In this document: piece by piece, positions 51,651-64,000 of the stretch | Position numbering within the stretch: the first letter of the stretch is position 1 | Layout: the number at the start of each line of letters is the position of its first letter | Source: Phoronis australis | Taxonomy: Eukaryota; Animalia; Phoronida | NCBI GenBank assembly: GCA_002633005.1 | Contig: NMRA01000221.1 | Location: forward strand, 530,680-594,679 | Reading direction: 5' to 3' | DNA length: 64,000 bases | Position numbers and translations under genes: made by a program | The notes under the pieces: generated by a model | What the model was told of the DNA's origin: nothing | What the model saw: only the letters and a program-made list of their open reading frames with translations | The model's database searches: none

Positions 51651-52517
51651 GACAGCTGGGGTGGGGCAAAAATTAGCGTTGGCGAGAGGGGTTTCCAGAA
51701 TTTAACAAGACGACTTTGTCTATGCCCCTGTGCCAATACTTTTTACCTTCCCTGTGACAAGAATTTTTACCTTCTTCCACATCGTGTTCTGTAAGTCACG
51801 TCGTTTACAGATTTATGAGCTGTGTTAGTAGTAAGTGGCCCGGTGCCGTACGATCAGATCGGTGTTGCCACTATAGGTATTTTGGAAAATCCCGAAATCA
51901 TCTAATGTTTGGTTTTGCATAATCTCTGACGTCTTTTACATACCTGAGTCACAGCAGGAAGGATTTGTCAATAGATAGTGACCCTACCTGTGACGCAAGA
52001 TTTGGTTTGGTCTATTTATAGTTTGNCTTTGTCCTATTTATTGTGGGGGGTTTAGGAGTGTGGGCTTTTTGAACCACAGAGCTGCAGTCGTTGTAATTGT
52101 CAACGTGTATTGTTCGTTTTACACGGAACAATAAGTATCAGCAATAGGTCATTTAGGTATTTATTCAGTACTTGGTTATGGTCAGAACGACTGAATATTA
52201 CTCAGTGCGATACACTGGCGATAAGTTATCTCGACCAATGTTTGATACGCATATACCTCTACAGAATCGTTGGCGAGTGTAGCACAATTTTGAATGCCAG
52301 AAAGAAGTTGATGACAGGTAAGACCTTGTCCTTAATCATTTATTTACATCCCGGCATACGTCACCATTATCAAGTTTTAGTAAAGGTTGTTAGTGTCTCT
52401 GAGCTCCAGAGGGGGTAACCGAAGTAAACACTCGTTCGGCACGGCATATTTAAATGCACACTTTTGAACATGGATTCCATCGCTAATACACTATAGCTCC
52501 GTCAAAACAATAGAGCG

Positions 52518-52681
52518 TGACGTAACGTGGCCTATATAACACGTCTTTTGTTACAACGATATCAACATCCCGAGACAAGTAAAGTTTCAAGGTGCTGTGC
52601 CGTATTTTAAAATTAAGTTGTTGGTCACGAGTTTAACCAGTGAGACACTAAAACTCAATGAAACTGAAAGCGAAATCTTAG
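52518..52681 (+). promoter_or_regulatory. Probable CLCA promoter and non-coding first exon
   Basis: CRE-like TGACGTAA (52518), TATATAA (52533), then an ag|gtgagt donor at 52682; matching acceptor ctccag| at 54400, 74 nt upstream of the CLCA ATG. Confidence 0.5.
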
Positions 52682-52980
52682 GTGAGTGTTTACAGATAAA
52701 TCCTCAAAGCCACTTTTCATTGCGTGCTGTATTCAGTCGCCGGACGGTGTCGCCCGAAATAGCCATGAGACTAATGTTTTCAATTCATTTTGTTAATTAA
52801 CGAAAGCGTGTTTGTTGAGAAAATTTCAAACTTCAAATCATCAAGTCTAGTTAGTCTAGTTTCTGTTGCAAATATTTCGGACCGATCAAAACTTGAACAT
52901 CAGACAAGGGTGCAAAGGTACTGCATGCTTACGGACCCCCACAAAATACTAGGGGTATGGCCTAGTACATGTAACTGCAG

Positions 52981-53122
52981 CATGGGCGGCGTAGCACTGA
53001 AAAAAGTGGGAGGCTATAGCCCCTCAATCGCCGTGGTGCACCGCCCATAGACCATGGGCGCCGGGGCACTGAAAAAGTGGGGCTATAGCTCTCCCCTGCC
53101 CTCTATGGTGCGGCCGCCCATG
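52981..53122. mobile_element. Dimeric short element (two ~70-bp CATGGGCG..CGCCCAT units) with 5-bp TSD
   Basis: TGCAG|catgggcggc...ccgcccatagaccatgggcgcc...gccgcccatg|TGCAG. Confidence 0.75.
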
Positions 53123-54474
53123 TGCAGAGACTCCTTGAAAGTACTGTATATCAAACGATAAGAATAAACAAGACAGCTAGGAGGTACCTGAAAATTGTGG
53201 TGACCGGGGAAGTGGAAACTNTTACGGGAGATGAAAACTGCCAGACAACCCACGGGGATGGCAAAACGTCTCTACCAGTTGCTCGACTAGGAGAACACCT
53301 CTCGGCCAATCTCAAGAAATAATCACACTGTAAAAGATATTTGCACGCATTAAAGTGAAATTTGGGAATTCTTTTAGAAAAACCTTGAAATATAACTTAG
53401 TTTTTAAAGGCGTAGCGTGGTTTAGTCGGCAAGAAGTGACTAAGCCCACGTACTTAATGATGTCGACGATTTGTGAACTATTTTTATGCAAAGTCATTGA
53501 TTTGACACAGAGTGAACAGATATTCGTTGATCCCCAGCCTTCTAGATTTTTACACGTCTGGCAATTTAATACAAAACTTACGACTTCCTGTGCGGCTCAA
53601 GAAAACTTTCCATAAAACTATCAGGCCGAAGTAATTTACAAGCGCTGTTTGGTCAGTCGTACCAACCATCGATAAAGGTATTCAAATCCTCTTGAGACTC
53701 AAGTGGTTTGTGGACAGCGTTAACACCCATGAATAGCAAATAAAACGTGCCGCGTAAGATGCCTGGGAGCTCGTGAATTATGCTGTAAGATGGCGTCATT
53801 ACGAACAAATGTTCGTTATGCTCGTGCGAAGGAACTTTACAAGACCAAGAAATCAAAATAGGCCCAAACAAGGAAAGGACTGATGGCGAAATAACAAGAA
53901 ACAGCAGAAAACTGACGACACACGAATCCATAGCGTGTACAAAGCACACACTGCTTATCACTCGCTATTGGAATTTCCCATAAATTTTATCGGGATTGTC
54001 GCCGCCAAAATGTCATCCCTTTATTACCTTTACAAGCAAACCAATGCTTAATCGTGACGTCATTACGTGGGCGAAGAGGGCAAAGATTCTTTTATTTTTT
54101 CACGGTGGTCGACTGTTTCAACGTGGAAGGTTGCTAGCGTCGACACGCTTTCTGGTCCGTATGTTTTCTAATGCTGATTTCATCCATCTTGACTATACAA
54201 TAGCGGTTTCATGTGGACATTTTCTTTTTTCTTCAAGCATCAAATTCCATCATATAACTGGTTCTAGTAAGCGTTGCTTCAGAGACGATTGTCCTTTAAA
54301 ATTAAAAAGAAGGTATGCGCAAAAAGTGCAATAGGTCGTGCCCTAATCTTGGATGTTACGTTTGCTGAACTTTAACCATTGCTGTTGATTAAATCTCCAG
54401 GTGAAATCGGTGGTCCGGATAAACAGGTGAATATAAAGACGCTCGTCTGCGGATGCAGATAAAGACAGACAATC

Positions 54475-57400
54475 ATGGAGTATGGACAAACGTCTCACGT
54501 GCTAACTATTCTTTTTGGACTGTGGTCAGTTTCTGCTGGTCAGATGATGACGCGGTCAAACATCGTTCTGGAGAGAAACCAGTTTAAAAACATTCTCATA
54601 GCTATTGGCAACGACGTCCCTGAAAACACAAATATTATTGAAAGGTTAAAGGTACTGTCCATTATTTTGAGCACATAACCTGTTTATATTAATACAGAAG
54701 TCTCATTTCAGTATATATTACATTTTTACTCATTCAAATTAGATTGATTTTTGTCTTACGCATTTTCTTTTGGCTACATATGAGAATTATTTTCGATTTA
54801 TATATTTGCTTACTTCGTGACATCGTGGGCTGTAATAATCATTCTCCCCTGCATGTGGTTCGCCATACCATTTTAAATGTGACCTTCCGCTATCTTGACA
54901 GGCCGTGTTCATAGACACATCCAGGGATGTGTTTCAAGCAACTCGAAACAGAGCTTACTTCAAGGACATAACAATATTTATTCCTCAATCGTGGTCCACG
55001 CGACCTGAGTATCAACGAGCGACGAGCGAGTCGTTTGACCAAGCCAACGTCATAGTGGACAAGCCAAACGCTGAGTATGGTGACAACCCGTACGTAGTGC
55101 AGCTCGGCGGCTGTGGAGCGCATGGAGAATACATGCATCTTACACCAGATTTCCTCATAAACGAAGCAACGTCTGTCAGAACATGGGGACCGTATGGTAA
55201 GATCTATCGCTATCCCTCTTATTTTTAGTTTATCACATGGTCCAACTTATGTTTGACATCGTCAAGGGCGAAACGTACATGGAATAGTCGACCAAAAGAA
55301 TTGTTACCCGGATTTTTGCTGTTTTTTCCTTGGACTATTTTATGATTTCGTTTTTAGTCTCACAAATCCTGACGGAGTTAAAACAGTGATGTGAGCGAAA
55401 ATAAAACGTGTGAAGATCATAGGGAATATTCAGCGTGTCATTTGCGCTCACGAAACCTCATTTTTCAGGTAAAACCCTTACGCATGAATGGGCCCATCTT
55501 AGGTGGGGCCTCTTTGACGAATATCCGATCGACAGCGAAGGAGACAAACATTTCTATCACTCGGCCTCCGGCAACGTCGAGGCAGTCCGTTGTACGCTAG
55601 ATGTCGCTGGCGACAAGAAACATAGACTTACAGGTGAGCGTACGGGAATGATCGTCTTTGAATGTGAACTGTCCAATGACTCAAACAATCTCCTGGCGAA
55701 GGAATAAATAGCAGTATTTCATAGGGAACCACTCGAAATAGCTCAGAAGAGAATTAGGCCTATATACTGTTTGATTTTCGTCATTGCTGGTCTAACTTTA
55801 CCAAGCCGCTTCCCTATCATGAACACAGAATCAACGTTTTTGAGATAACACTCGATCAAGCGGAGTACGCATTGACGTGTTTAAATTTGATAAATTTCCG
55901 CAAATAATCCGTTATAACTCATACTCTTTCATCCGTTCGAAGCTGTAAACAAACCTATTGGAGAAACTTATGAAATGACGACAGACGACCGTTGTCACTG
56001 TGCACATAACTATTTGTTGAACGGTCACTTATGCTTTGGGAACTTCTACATTTCGCAGATTATTTTGCTACTGTTTATCTAAGCAGGCGCCCGTAAACTG
56101 TTCTCGTTGGAGTCTTGGTATGCTTTTTTAAGTTCTTTAAAACTTGGTTCATAAAATCTTAATGAATTGCTTCGCTTTATAATCAGTGGCGGATCCTGGA
56201 TATCAAAAGGGGGGGCCAACATTTTTTTTCTGTAAGCATTTGAGCAAACTACGATTGCAGATGCGCATAGCACCGAATGGATGTCCCCCTCCCGCCCAGG
56301 AAATTTTTCTGTTTTTTCCTCTAAAAATCACTAGCATTTCCCTTGATTCCCGAAGTATTATCCAAGAAAAAAGGCAAAAAAAGAAATACGTGTCAAACAA
56401 GAAAAACTGCAGAGACCATAAACTCGAACTCACGACCTGGCGGATAGAGCACGCGTGCTTTACCACTACACCACCACGATTTGACTCCTAATCTAGTACT
56501 AAGAGACCCACTTGTTTATGGCCCACAGCGTTTGCGCGCGAAACCTACTTCTTTTTGTAATGCTTATTACACTTTTTACATTTTGTGCACTTGGTTTGTA
56601 ACAAATTTGTTGTATTTAAAATAGTCTTCAAATGCCCAAAAGACCAAATCCGTGTTTCGTGTTGGCAATAATGACGGGATTGCTTTGGAAATCGTCTTAA
56701 GTTAAGGTTTGACAAAGTGAGAATTATGAGTTTATGAGTGATTCACTAAGGCTTCGATCGAAATTCACATCTTACAAGCAGCTTCTGTTTTTTCATCGTC
56801 ACTCAGGTTCCGTTTTCTTTAAAAAATGAAGCAAATTTTCTTCATTGCACATTGGAGCAGACGACGGAAACGGAGTCGTAGTGCGCAACGCCACTGCCGG
56901 TCGCCTGGGATATCGTGGGAGAGCCTATACCTAGCCATAGTTCCGTTACGATTGCGCCGTGTTCCGAATTTGGCACTTGAAATTGGATCTGAGCCCCTCC
57001 CCAAACACTAAAACTGCACACATTTAAATCTTGTTTCATCCGTGTAATTTTAATTACCTAGGTTAATTAATAAACTCAACATTTCCCTACGCTGTTGCTG
57101 TTTTATTTTTTGCTGCAGTTAGGGGTGGGGGGAGCCCGGCCCCCTGCCCCCCCCCTAAATCCGCCTATGTTATTAATGATGTGCTCAAGCCAATCGTGAA
57201 TCATGAAATGAACATAGATTGTCTGAACTCAAACTCCAAATCATCTTTGACATTTCCTGTTGTACTTAAGTTCAAACTCGATTTAAGTGTTTGTATGCTT
57301 TAGTATTATACATTTTACAAAGATGAATATCTAATCCATTCTCCCATTCGATTTTCGTAAAATCGTGCAACAAATTTGAGCTCAAAACTCAAGATTCCAA

Positions 57401-60400
57401 ATCCATACTTAAACCTATGCCTAGCCAGCATTATATAGTGCGAACTAGCTTTAGATATTCGCTAAACAAAGCGGTAATCTACCGGAGTACAGGATAACGG
57501 GAACGCATCTTTTGTTACTACTGAAGTAGAGCAGAAAAAAGCAAGAAAATATGGAGTTCGAGTTCGGGAATTAGATCTCGGGCCCTGATGAACATCCGTC
57601 GCCGATTACACGGCGAAACTGCACAGAAAACGTCAACGACATTTTAGAAAATGCACAAACAAATACTACAAATTTAACGATGAAACTCAATAGCGCAAAT
57701 CTGGGCAAGGTTTTCGGGAAAAGCTCTCTATTAACTTGACTTTCATGTTGCAGGACGAGATTGCATTATGAACGCCACTACGTCACTACCGGAAGACGAT
57801 TGTCGTCTGTTCCCAAATTATGCCGCTACTGAGGCCGAGGCTTCATACATGTTTTATCATTTCATGCCGTCGGTGAGTATTTAAATGATATGCGCATATT
57901 TTCAACTGTAAGTAAGTGTGGGCCTCCACGACTTATTTATTAATCATCGATTCACTGAAAGTACATGAAGGCTTTGATGAGAACGTCTCTAAGCTTGCGT
58001 GCGTGTGTGCATGGTTGTAAAAGAAATGTGTTTCTCAAAAAATGTTATTCTGTTTAAACCATCTGCATTTTGCAAGTGTCACAAAGAGATTTATTTGGCT
58101 TAGATGTAACTGTTTATGAACGAAATTGTTAAAAAATACTTTTTCAAACCATTTACATCCAAACGTCTCCACGATTCATATGTATTTCTAATATCATTGC
58201 TCATCGTAGATTACAACATTTTGCGATGCCAACTTGGACGAAGGAACGACACTACATAACTTTGAATCTCCAAACAAACACAACAGACTTTGCGCGGGAA
58301 AAAGCGCTTGGGAGGTCATGAGAGAACACGTTGATTTCCAAAATGGTATGCTTTTAACTTCCTGTTCATCACCTTTGTACTAAGAAAAAGTGCCAAGCAA
58401 ACGTATATCACTGGTTAGTGAATCTTCGTTAAAGGGACATTAAACCCTGTTTTGATGATGTCAACCAATCATCGTTCAACAGCTCATGCATCATTGGCGT
58501 CAATATTGAAAGATAAAAGCAGGAATTAACTAAAAACTCATACTCCTTTTCTAACAGACTGGACATTATGGGCCTTGCTGGGTGGCCTTTTCGTACAGTT
58601 GCCGTGTAGTTCGCTAAAAGCGTATGTCACGCTTGCCCGTTAGGAAGCAAGGGGTTTGAAATTTTCCTCCGAACTTTTGACGTTTTTTAGGGTAACAGTC
58701 TTACAGAGCATTGTTTTGTTTCAGATAACTGGGTGGGGAAGTCGCTTTTAGTATCTGTTAATAGGCCAAAACCGGTTTGGTATCCTTTTAATGTTATGCA
58801 GAGATTTTGACATTTTTTTTGAAGTCTCACAGTTTTGAAACACGTGTTTTGCAGGCTCTAATCCGCCTTTAACGGAACAAGTCGACACAGAACCAACATT
58901 CAAACTGGTGCAAAGACAAGATACAATGCGGGTCGTTGTTGTCATGGATACCAGTGGAAGCATGCTTGTAGGTATTACATCTAACTAATTAGCTGGTATG
59001 GCGAATGGGACCCTTTGCCGAAGGGCATTTTTGTCGAATCACGTAAAATTAGTCATTACACAGATATTTTATTACGCTAATCGGAAAATTACATTTTTAA
59101 ATTCTTGAATACACAATATGCTCCGATTACGGATTTTCTTTACCTGTACACTGCACTATATGGCAAAACTGCAGAAAATTGAATTGAATGAAAAACCTAA
59201 AAACTTTGTTTGTTATTATAGTTTATACTGCACGAATCATGAAACAAAAACTTGGTATTTTTATCATTTTCAGTGCCACATTCAGCTTTTGAAGATAAAA
59301 ATAGCTACTGGTTATTTCGTGCACAATAAATTGTTTCCGAATTAATGAGAATGGCCGTAGTATGAAAGTGTCCGCTTGTGTTTCAGGTGAACAACAACAT
59401 AATGAAACTCAAACAAGCCGTCAGACGCTACATCCTCACAACACTGCCTACAGGCTCCAAAGTCGGATTGGTCCGATTTGCTGCCGGAGCAACCGTACTA
59501 GCGGAAATGACTGAACTAATAGACGACAACACCAGAGAAGCACTGGCTGCTCGGTTACCGACCTCTGCTGCTGGGGCCACGGCTATGGGTCTTGGAATGC
59601 GTAAGGGAATCGAGGTATGTCTGCGTATTTCACGTAGAGAATGTAGGACACTGAGATTGGGTCTGTATTTATCTTGAGCATTACTTTGCTGATGCGGCGG
59701 TTCGAGCTACGTTTGGTAAGTTAGAAAAATAATATGTGGTTGGGATTTTTATTGTAAGATGAAATAATTATGCACAAAACCAAAAAGATATTTTGAAGAC
59801 TGACCAGAAACACGACTCAATCGTCTCAGTTCAGTGAACCCTCCGCATGTAGCAAAGGACTACTAAGCAAAGGACAGCTGTGAAGAAATAGCTCACAGTG
59901 ACGATATACACAGAGACAAACAGTTGTAGAATGACGGATCGAGGAAAATATTCCCTAATAAATACATATAATTGTAATTAAATTTCATTTCATGTCTGCC
60001 GGAATCGAACACATTACTAGGCCTATGTTCCAAGAAGGATTATAACTGCGTGTGGTGTTGTGTTTTGCGTTTCAATAACGAGATACAACTTCGTGTGTAG
60101 AGTACTTGATCGGAGCTTAAGATGGGTCGTATCGGTTAGATTATTTATAATTGCAATGTTCAGCCTCATATATGTTCGACGTATGTCCCGACTATGACTA
60201 AACGTGCATCACTGGCTAGTTTTCAGAGATAAAGAGGCACGTGATTGAATAGACCAATAACAAATTGAGAATAGGCGTCATGTAGCCCTGCACAAAGGAA
60301 GTAGTAGACCCTTCGAAAGGTAGACAAGAGGAGGGGCTACAATGCAAGGAGTGTATGTGAATTTGGTGTCTTTTGGGTCCTGCTGTACGTATTCGATTTT

Positions 60401-63400
60401 GTTCAGGTTTTGGAAAGAGGCGGACAAGACCCGGCCGGCAGTATAATGTTACTCATTGGAGACGGGAAGGAAAATAAAGCCCCGTACATTCGAGAGGTGT
60501 TACCGCAAGTGCTTGCCAAAAGGATTGTGGTAGACACAATTCTGTATACGGCGAAAGCTGACATACAACTGATTTCACTGGCTGCAAAAACAGGTACACT
60601 ATTTTTGCCTTGCGTGTTAACGGTCCATTGGCAGTGTCCAAATGGGAATCAGTTTGACTAAAATGGGACTATGCAACTAAGCGAGACTTTGCAGTTATAT
60701 TTACTGGTTTGTCATGCCTTATACGCAAATATATGGAGGAAATGTGCTATTGTACTTTCTCAACCCTTGGCGACAACTCATGGAGAGCTACTCTGTGTCT
60801 AAATCAATGTAGGATAGGATTTTGAACATGGTCATTGCTTGACAATAGCTTCTTATCTTTTGACAAGATTTTCGAATACAAACTACTTTTACATTTGATT
60901 TCTTATTTCCTATAGGCGGAATGTCGTTTTTCTACTCTGGTCAAACCGATTCGTCTGCGTTAAGGGACGCCCTTACAACGACGAGTAACCAACGGCAAGA
61001 CGATAAAACCAAGATACACGTGCAGGTACGCGGGCTTGCCATAGATAACATGCATGTTCATAATTTTCCTCTAGAAAACAAAAGAAGCAATGGTCCTGTA
61101 GCGAATCGACTTCCACTCGGTAGTGAAAGTGGCGCCGTTTGATGTAGTTTTTAAAATTTACATCAAAACTTTGTTGGTATAAGAACGATGGGTGTCATAG
61201 TGATCTTCTAGCAAAACAATGACCATCACAGCATCAGCGAACAACATATGGAGTTGCAGGACATGTATTTGGTAGGCGAAAGCCGAGCTCAAGTTGTGTC
61301 GCTGTATTTCGGGCCTTGGAAACTTAGATGTCCTCGAGCGTCGATCTGGTTCATTGCGTAATTGACAATCCTGCCTACCCAATAAAACCTGAGCGCTGAG
61401 CATACATGCTGTTCGTTATCACGCCCGTCACTGCTTTCTCTATTACGTTTTCTCTCTCGTCTTTTGGTTGTTGAATCGTCAGTCACTCAGTCCCAGTGAA
61501 GATCTACCTCAGTTTTTTGATGAGACAAACTATGCCGCTGGCATCATGCAAAACTTAGGTGCATGCGTCTACTCTGCAAAACGCTTGATTATTTCATCTT
61601 TGGAAAAACATTATTGTACGCATGGAGGTGGTAAAAGAATATATTCGCACAGCCCACTCATTTCAAAAGTCGCGCAAAACTCGCTGCATTTCAGAATTTT
61701 GACCGAACTGTAAAACATAATTTCTCTTCACTTTGGTGTACCATTTAATGAAAATGTAACGTTCGTGTACTTTAAAGATGTTGCGGTCTGCGTCAAACCT
61801 CTCAAAGTAATAACTTGTCATTCTTTTTTTTGGTTGGAACTCTCAGTCTGGAGGTTTGATATAGACGCCGTGAATAATTTGACTTCAAATATTTCAGGTG
61901 GCCAGTGAGTCTATCAAGGTGTCTAAAAAGAAATCTCGTGTTGGTAAGGTGTACGTCGACAGTGTTCTTGGCGAGGAAACGCGCTTTTTGTTCTCGTGGG
62001 ACACTTCCTACTCGTCAGATGTCGTAGACGTCACGCTTACTGGGCCGCGCGGCGACATATTCAACAAGTCATATCAACATTATAAGAAAAGTCAAGGGGA
62101 GATCATTGTTACTATGGAAAGCAAGTACATTCAGGTTTGTTCCACGACGCCTAGAGATTTTGGACTGCGTAATGTACGGTTAGCACCTTCACATTACATA
62201 ACTCCGACCCCCTAAACCCAGTAAGAGAAGCACCGTCTGGAATGTGTGTGACAACCGAACATAGGTTGGTAGATCGATCAGTGAAAAAACATTTAGATAG
62301 TTCGGTAACAACATCTTTGCAATCTGTGGCGTGGTCTTGCTTCTTTCTCCCGCCCATGGGAGCAACCAAGCGTCAGTGGCTGATCAGGACTACGCAGTTG
62401 CGAATGCACACATAATCACAACTAAGTCTCAAAATAACAACAAGGTCATATTCGGGAATGACATGTCAGCTTTTCACATCTGTTGAAAGTTTTTGAAACC
62501 AAAAACTCCATTAAGTTCTCTTTTTCAACCGTCTCGCTAACGTAAACTGGTCGTCGCCCTGTCGCAATTTTATCCCTTGCTAACTGTTGCTCACACATTT
62601 TTACGACATAGAAGGTATCTTCAAACCGGCAGGTGTCAGTATCTCTGCTAGTGATGAATGAGTCAAATGTCCTGCATCAGCTCCTAAAGGTTTGCCGTAT
62701 TTCAGGATGGACAGTGGCTGTATAACATCTCTAACAGAGGCAGTCGCACGCTAGGGGCGCTAGTGTCCGTCGAGTCAAAAACAAAACCTAACGTTGGCGA
62801 CGCCAAGCCAGTCTCTGTGGTGGCGACAGTCAGTTCTGTAGAACTCAACTTCACAAGTAAGTTTTGGGCAAGTCGTTGGTCACTTAAAACTTGTGAGACC
62901 ATCCCACAAATTTATTATCTACCGTGTGTCTGTATCTGTCTATTCATATTCTTTTGTATTGTCATAATAACACTCTCCCCCCAGCACTTAGTCCATTTTT
63001 GACGTTTTTGCGAATCTGATGTATCGTTTCAAACATTATATGGCTGACATAAAATTAGTTCATATCCTTTAAACAACAGCATTTAGACTGATGTGAGAGT
63101 ACAATGGATAACTGAATACTCAACCAATAAATGGAAATTATTCTATGACCCTGCCTTTAGGTTCGAGCTTCTGTCTTCTAATCCCCAGTTCGACACAGCA
63201 GACATCAAGCACACTGTACTAATCCAAACCAGTAGCATTTTTGACGTTATTGGGCTCGGATCTCCTCATTTGTACAACGTTTTTGGTGTGTGCTGGTCAG
63301 AAACTGCGCTTTAAAAAATTGCTGCCGGATCGAAGGTGGAATCACGGCCATGGAATCGTTTCCAGGCTTTCATGGACTTTGCAGATTTGTAGCCAATCAC

Positions 63401-63767
63401 GTGACATACGTTCAAATGTTTTCATGCTCAGAAATGAAAGCGTTTTGTAGTTTGAATGCTCTGAGGTCACAACCACCAATCTATCGGTCGTTTATAGTTG
63501 AGCATATAGTTCTGCCGTGAATTGCATGAGGGTTTCAAAAACGTTCATTCCATTTCCCATCCTTTCCATCTGTCAATATTATTCTGCAATACCAGATTCA
63601 GGTGCGTTTCATTTTAGATGACGTCAGCACAACTGTATCGATATACGCTAAGGTCACAAAGGGATATTTACCGTTGGTTAATGCTCAGGTTGTAGCCCGG
63701 GTAGAGAAACCTGCTGTGAATGGGGATATGGATGTATATGAGATGCAGTTAAGAGACAATGGAGTCG
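54475..63767 (+). CDS. CLCA: Calcium-activated chloride channel regulator (CLCA family zinc metalloprotease with VWA domain), 3'-partial
   Basis: Exons 54475-54651, 54902-55196, 55469-55633, 57754-57872, 58210-58345, 58855-58967, 59387-59614, 60407-60593, 60916-61025, 61898-62134, 62706-62856, 63618-63767, all GT-AG and in phase. Signal peptide; ATRNRAYFKDITIFIPQSW; PYVVQLGGCGAHGEYMHLTP; HEWAHLRWGLFDEY; HNFESPNKHNRLC..SAWEV; VWA VVVMDTSGSM; LRDNGVG. Continues beyond the window. Confidence 0.96.
56184..57169. mobile_element. ~1-kb hAT-like non-autonomous element in CLCA intron 3
   Basis: CAGTGGCGGATC ... AATCCGCCTATG ends; degenerate 8-bp TSD tttataat / ttattaat; contains a tRNA-like segment on the minus strand at ~56420-56480. 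Confidence 0.7.
58433..58787. mobile_element. Kolobok-like MITE in CLCA intron 5, copy 2
   Basis: TTAA|AGGGACATTAAACCCTGTTTTG ... CAAAACCGGTTTGGTATCCTT|TTAA; homologous to 39546-39879. Confidence 0.8.
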
Positions 63768-64000
63768 GTGAGTACATATTAAGACACAGCATATGTGACT
63801 GGCACTGTGTTCGCAATTGCGGCCTGATGATCTAAAATTTTTATTTAAGACCGACTTTCACACGAAGGTCCTGTTGTGAGACCCAGGTGACGTCAGTGAA
63901 TGCAGGCACAGATGTACTTGCAAAATTTACCCACCACCAGTTGCTCAGAAATTCTCATGAAGGCGAAGCTGTTTCGATTTGTTCTCGTGGTAAATTTCAC

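Noticed and set aside
52026-53221. Two isolated N bases (52026 and 53221)
   Set aside because: Assembly ambiguities in non-coding sequence, not biology.
57585-57640. CTGATGA...CGAAAC...GTC hammerhead-like core in a CLCA intron
   Set aside because: Stem II does not start next to the core and stems I and III do not pair convincingly.

Overview
Eukaryotic (metazoan, probably marine invertebrate) AT-rich genomic DNA with GT-AG introns; no prokaryotic operon, CRISPR array or rRNA is visible. The right half holds three confidently readable + strand genes: an intronless, highly divergent class A GPCR (35090-36169), an 8-exon BTB-BACK-Kelch gene (38685-47551, 776 aa by my exon chain) and the first 12 coding exons of a CLCA (calcium-activated chloride channel regulator) gene running off the window end. 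The left ~34 kb is repeat-rich: minisatellites, a decayed RTEX-type LINE, TTAA-flanked Kolobok-type DNA elements (one with a THAP remnant) and many MITEs. Reading splice signals on the minus strand also gave three small phase-consistent exon chains (3721-5196, 11251-12402, 36992-38347) that the ORF track breaks up and that I cannot assign to a known family; these are the best candidates for something undescribed, but they are inferences needing RNA-seq support. All coordinates were counted by hand and may be off by a few bases.
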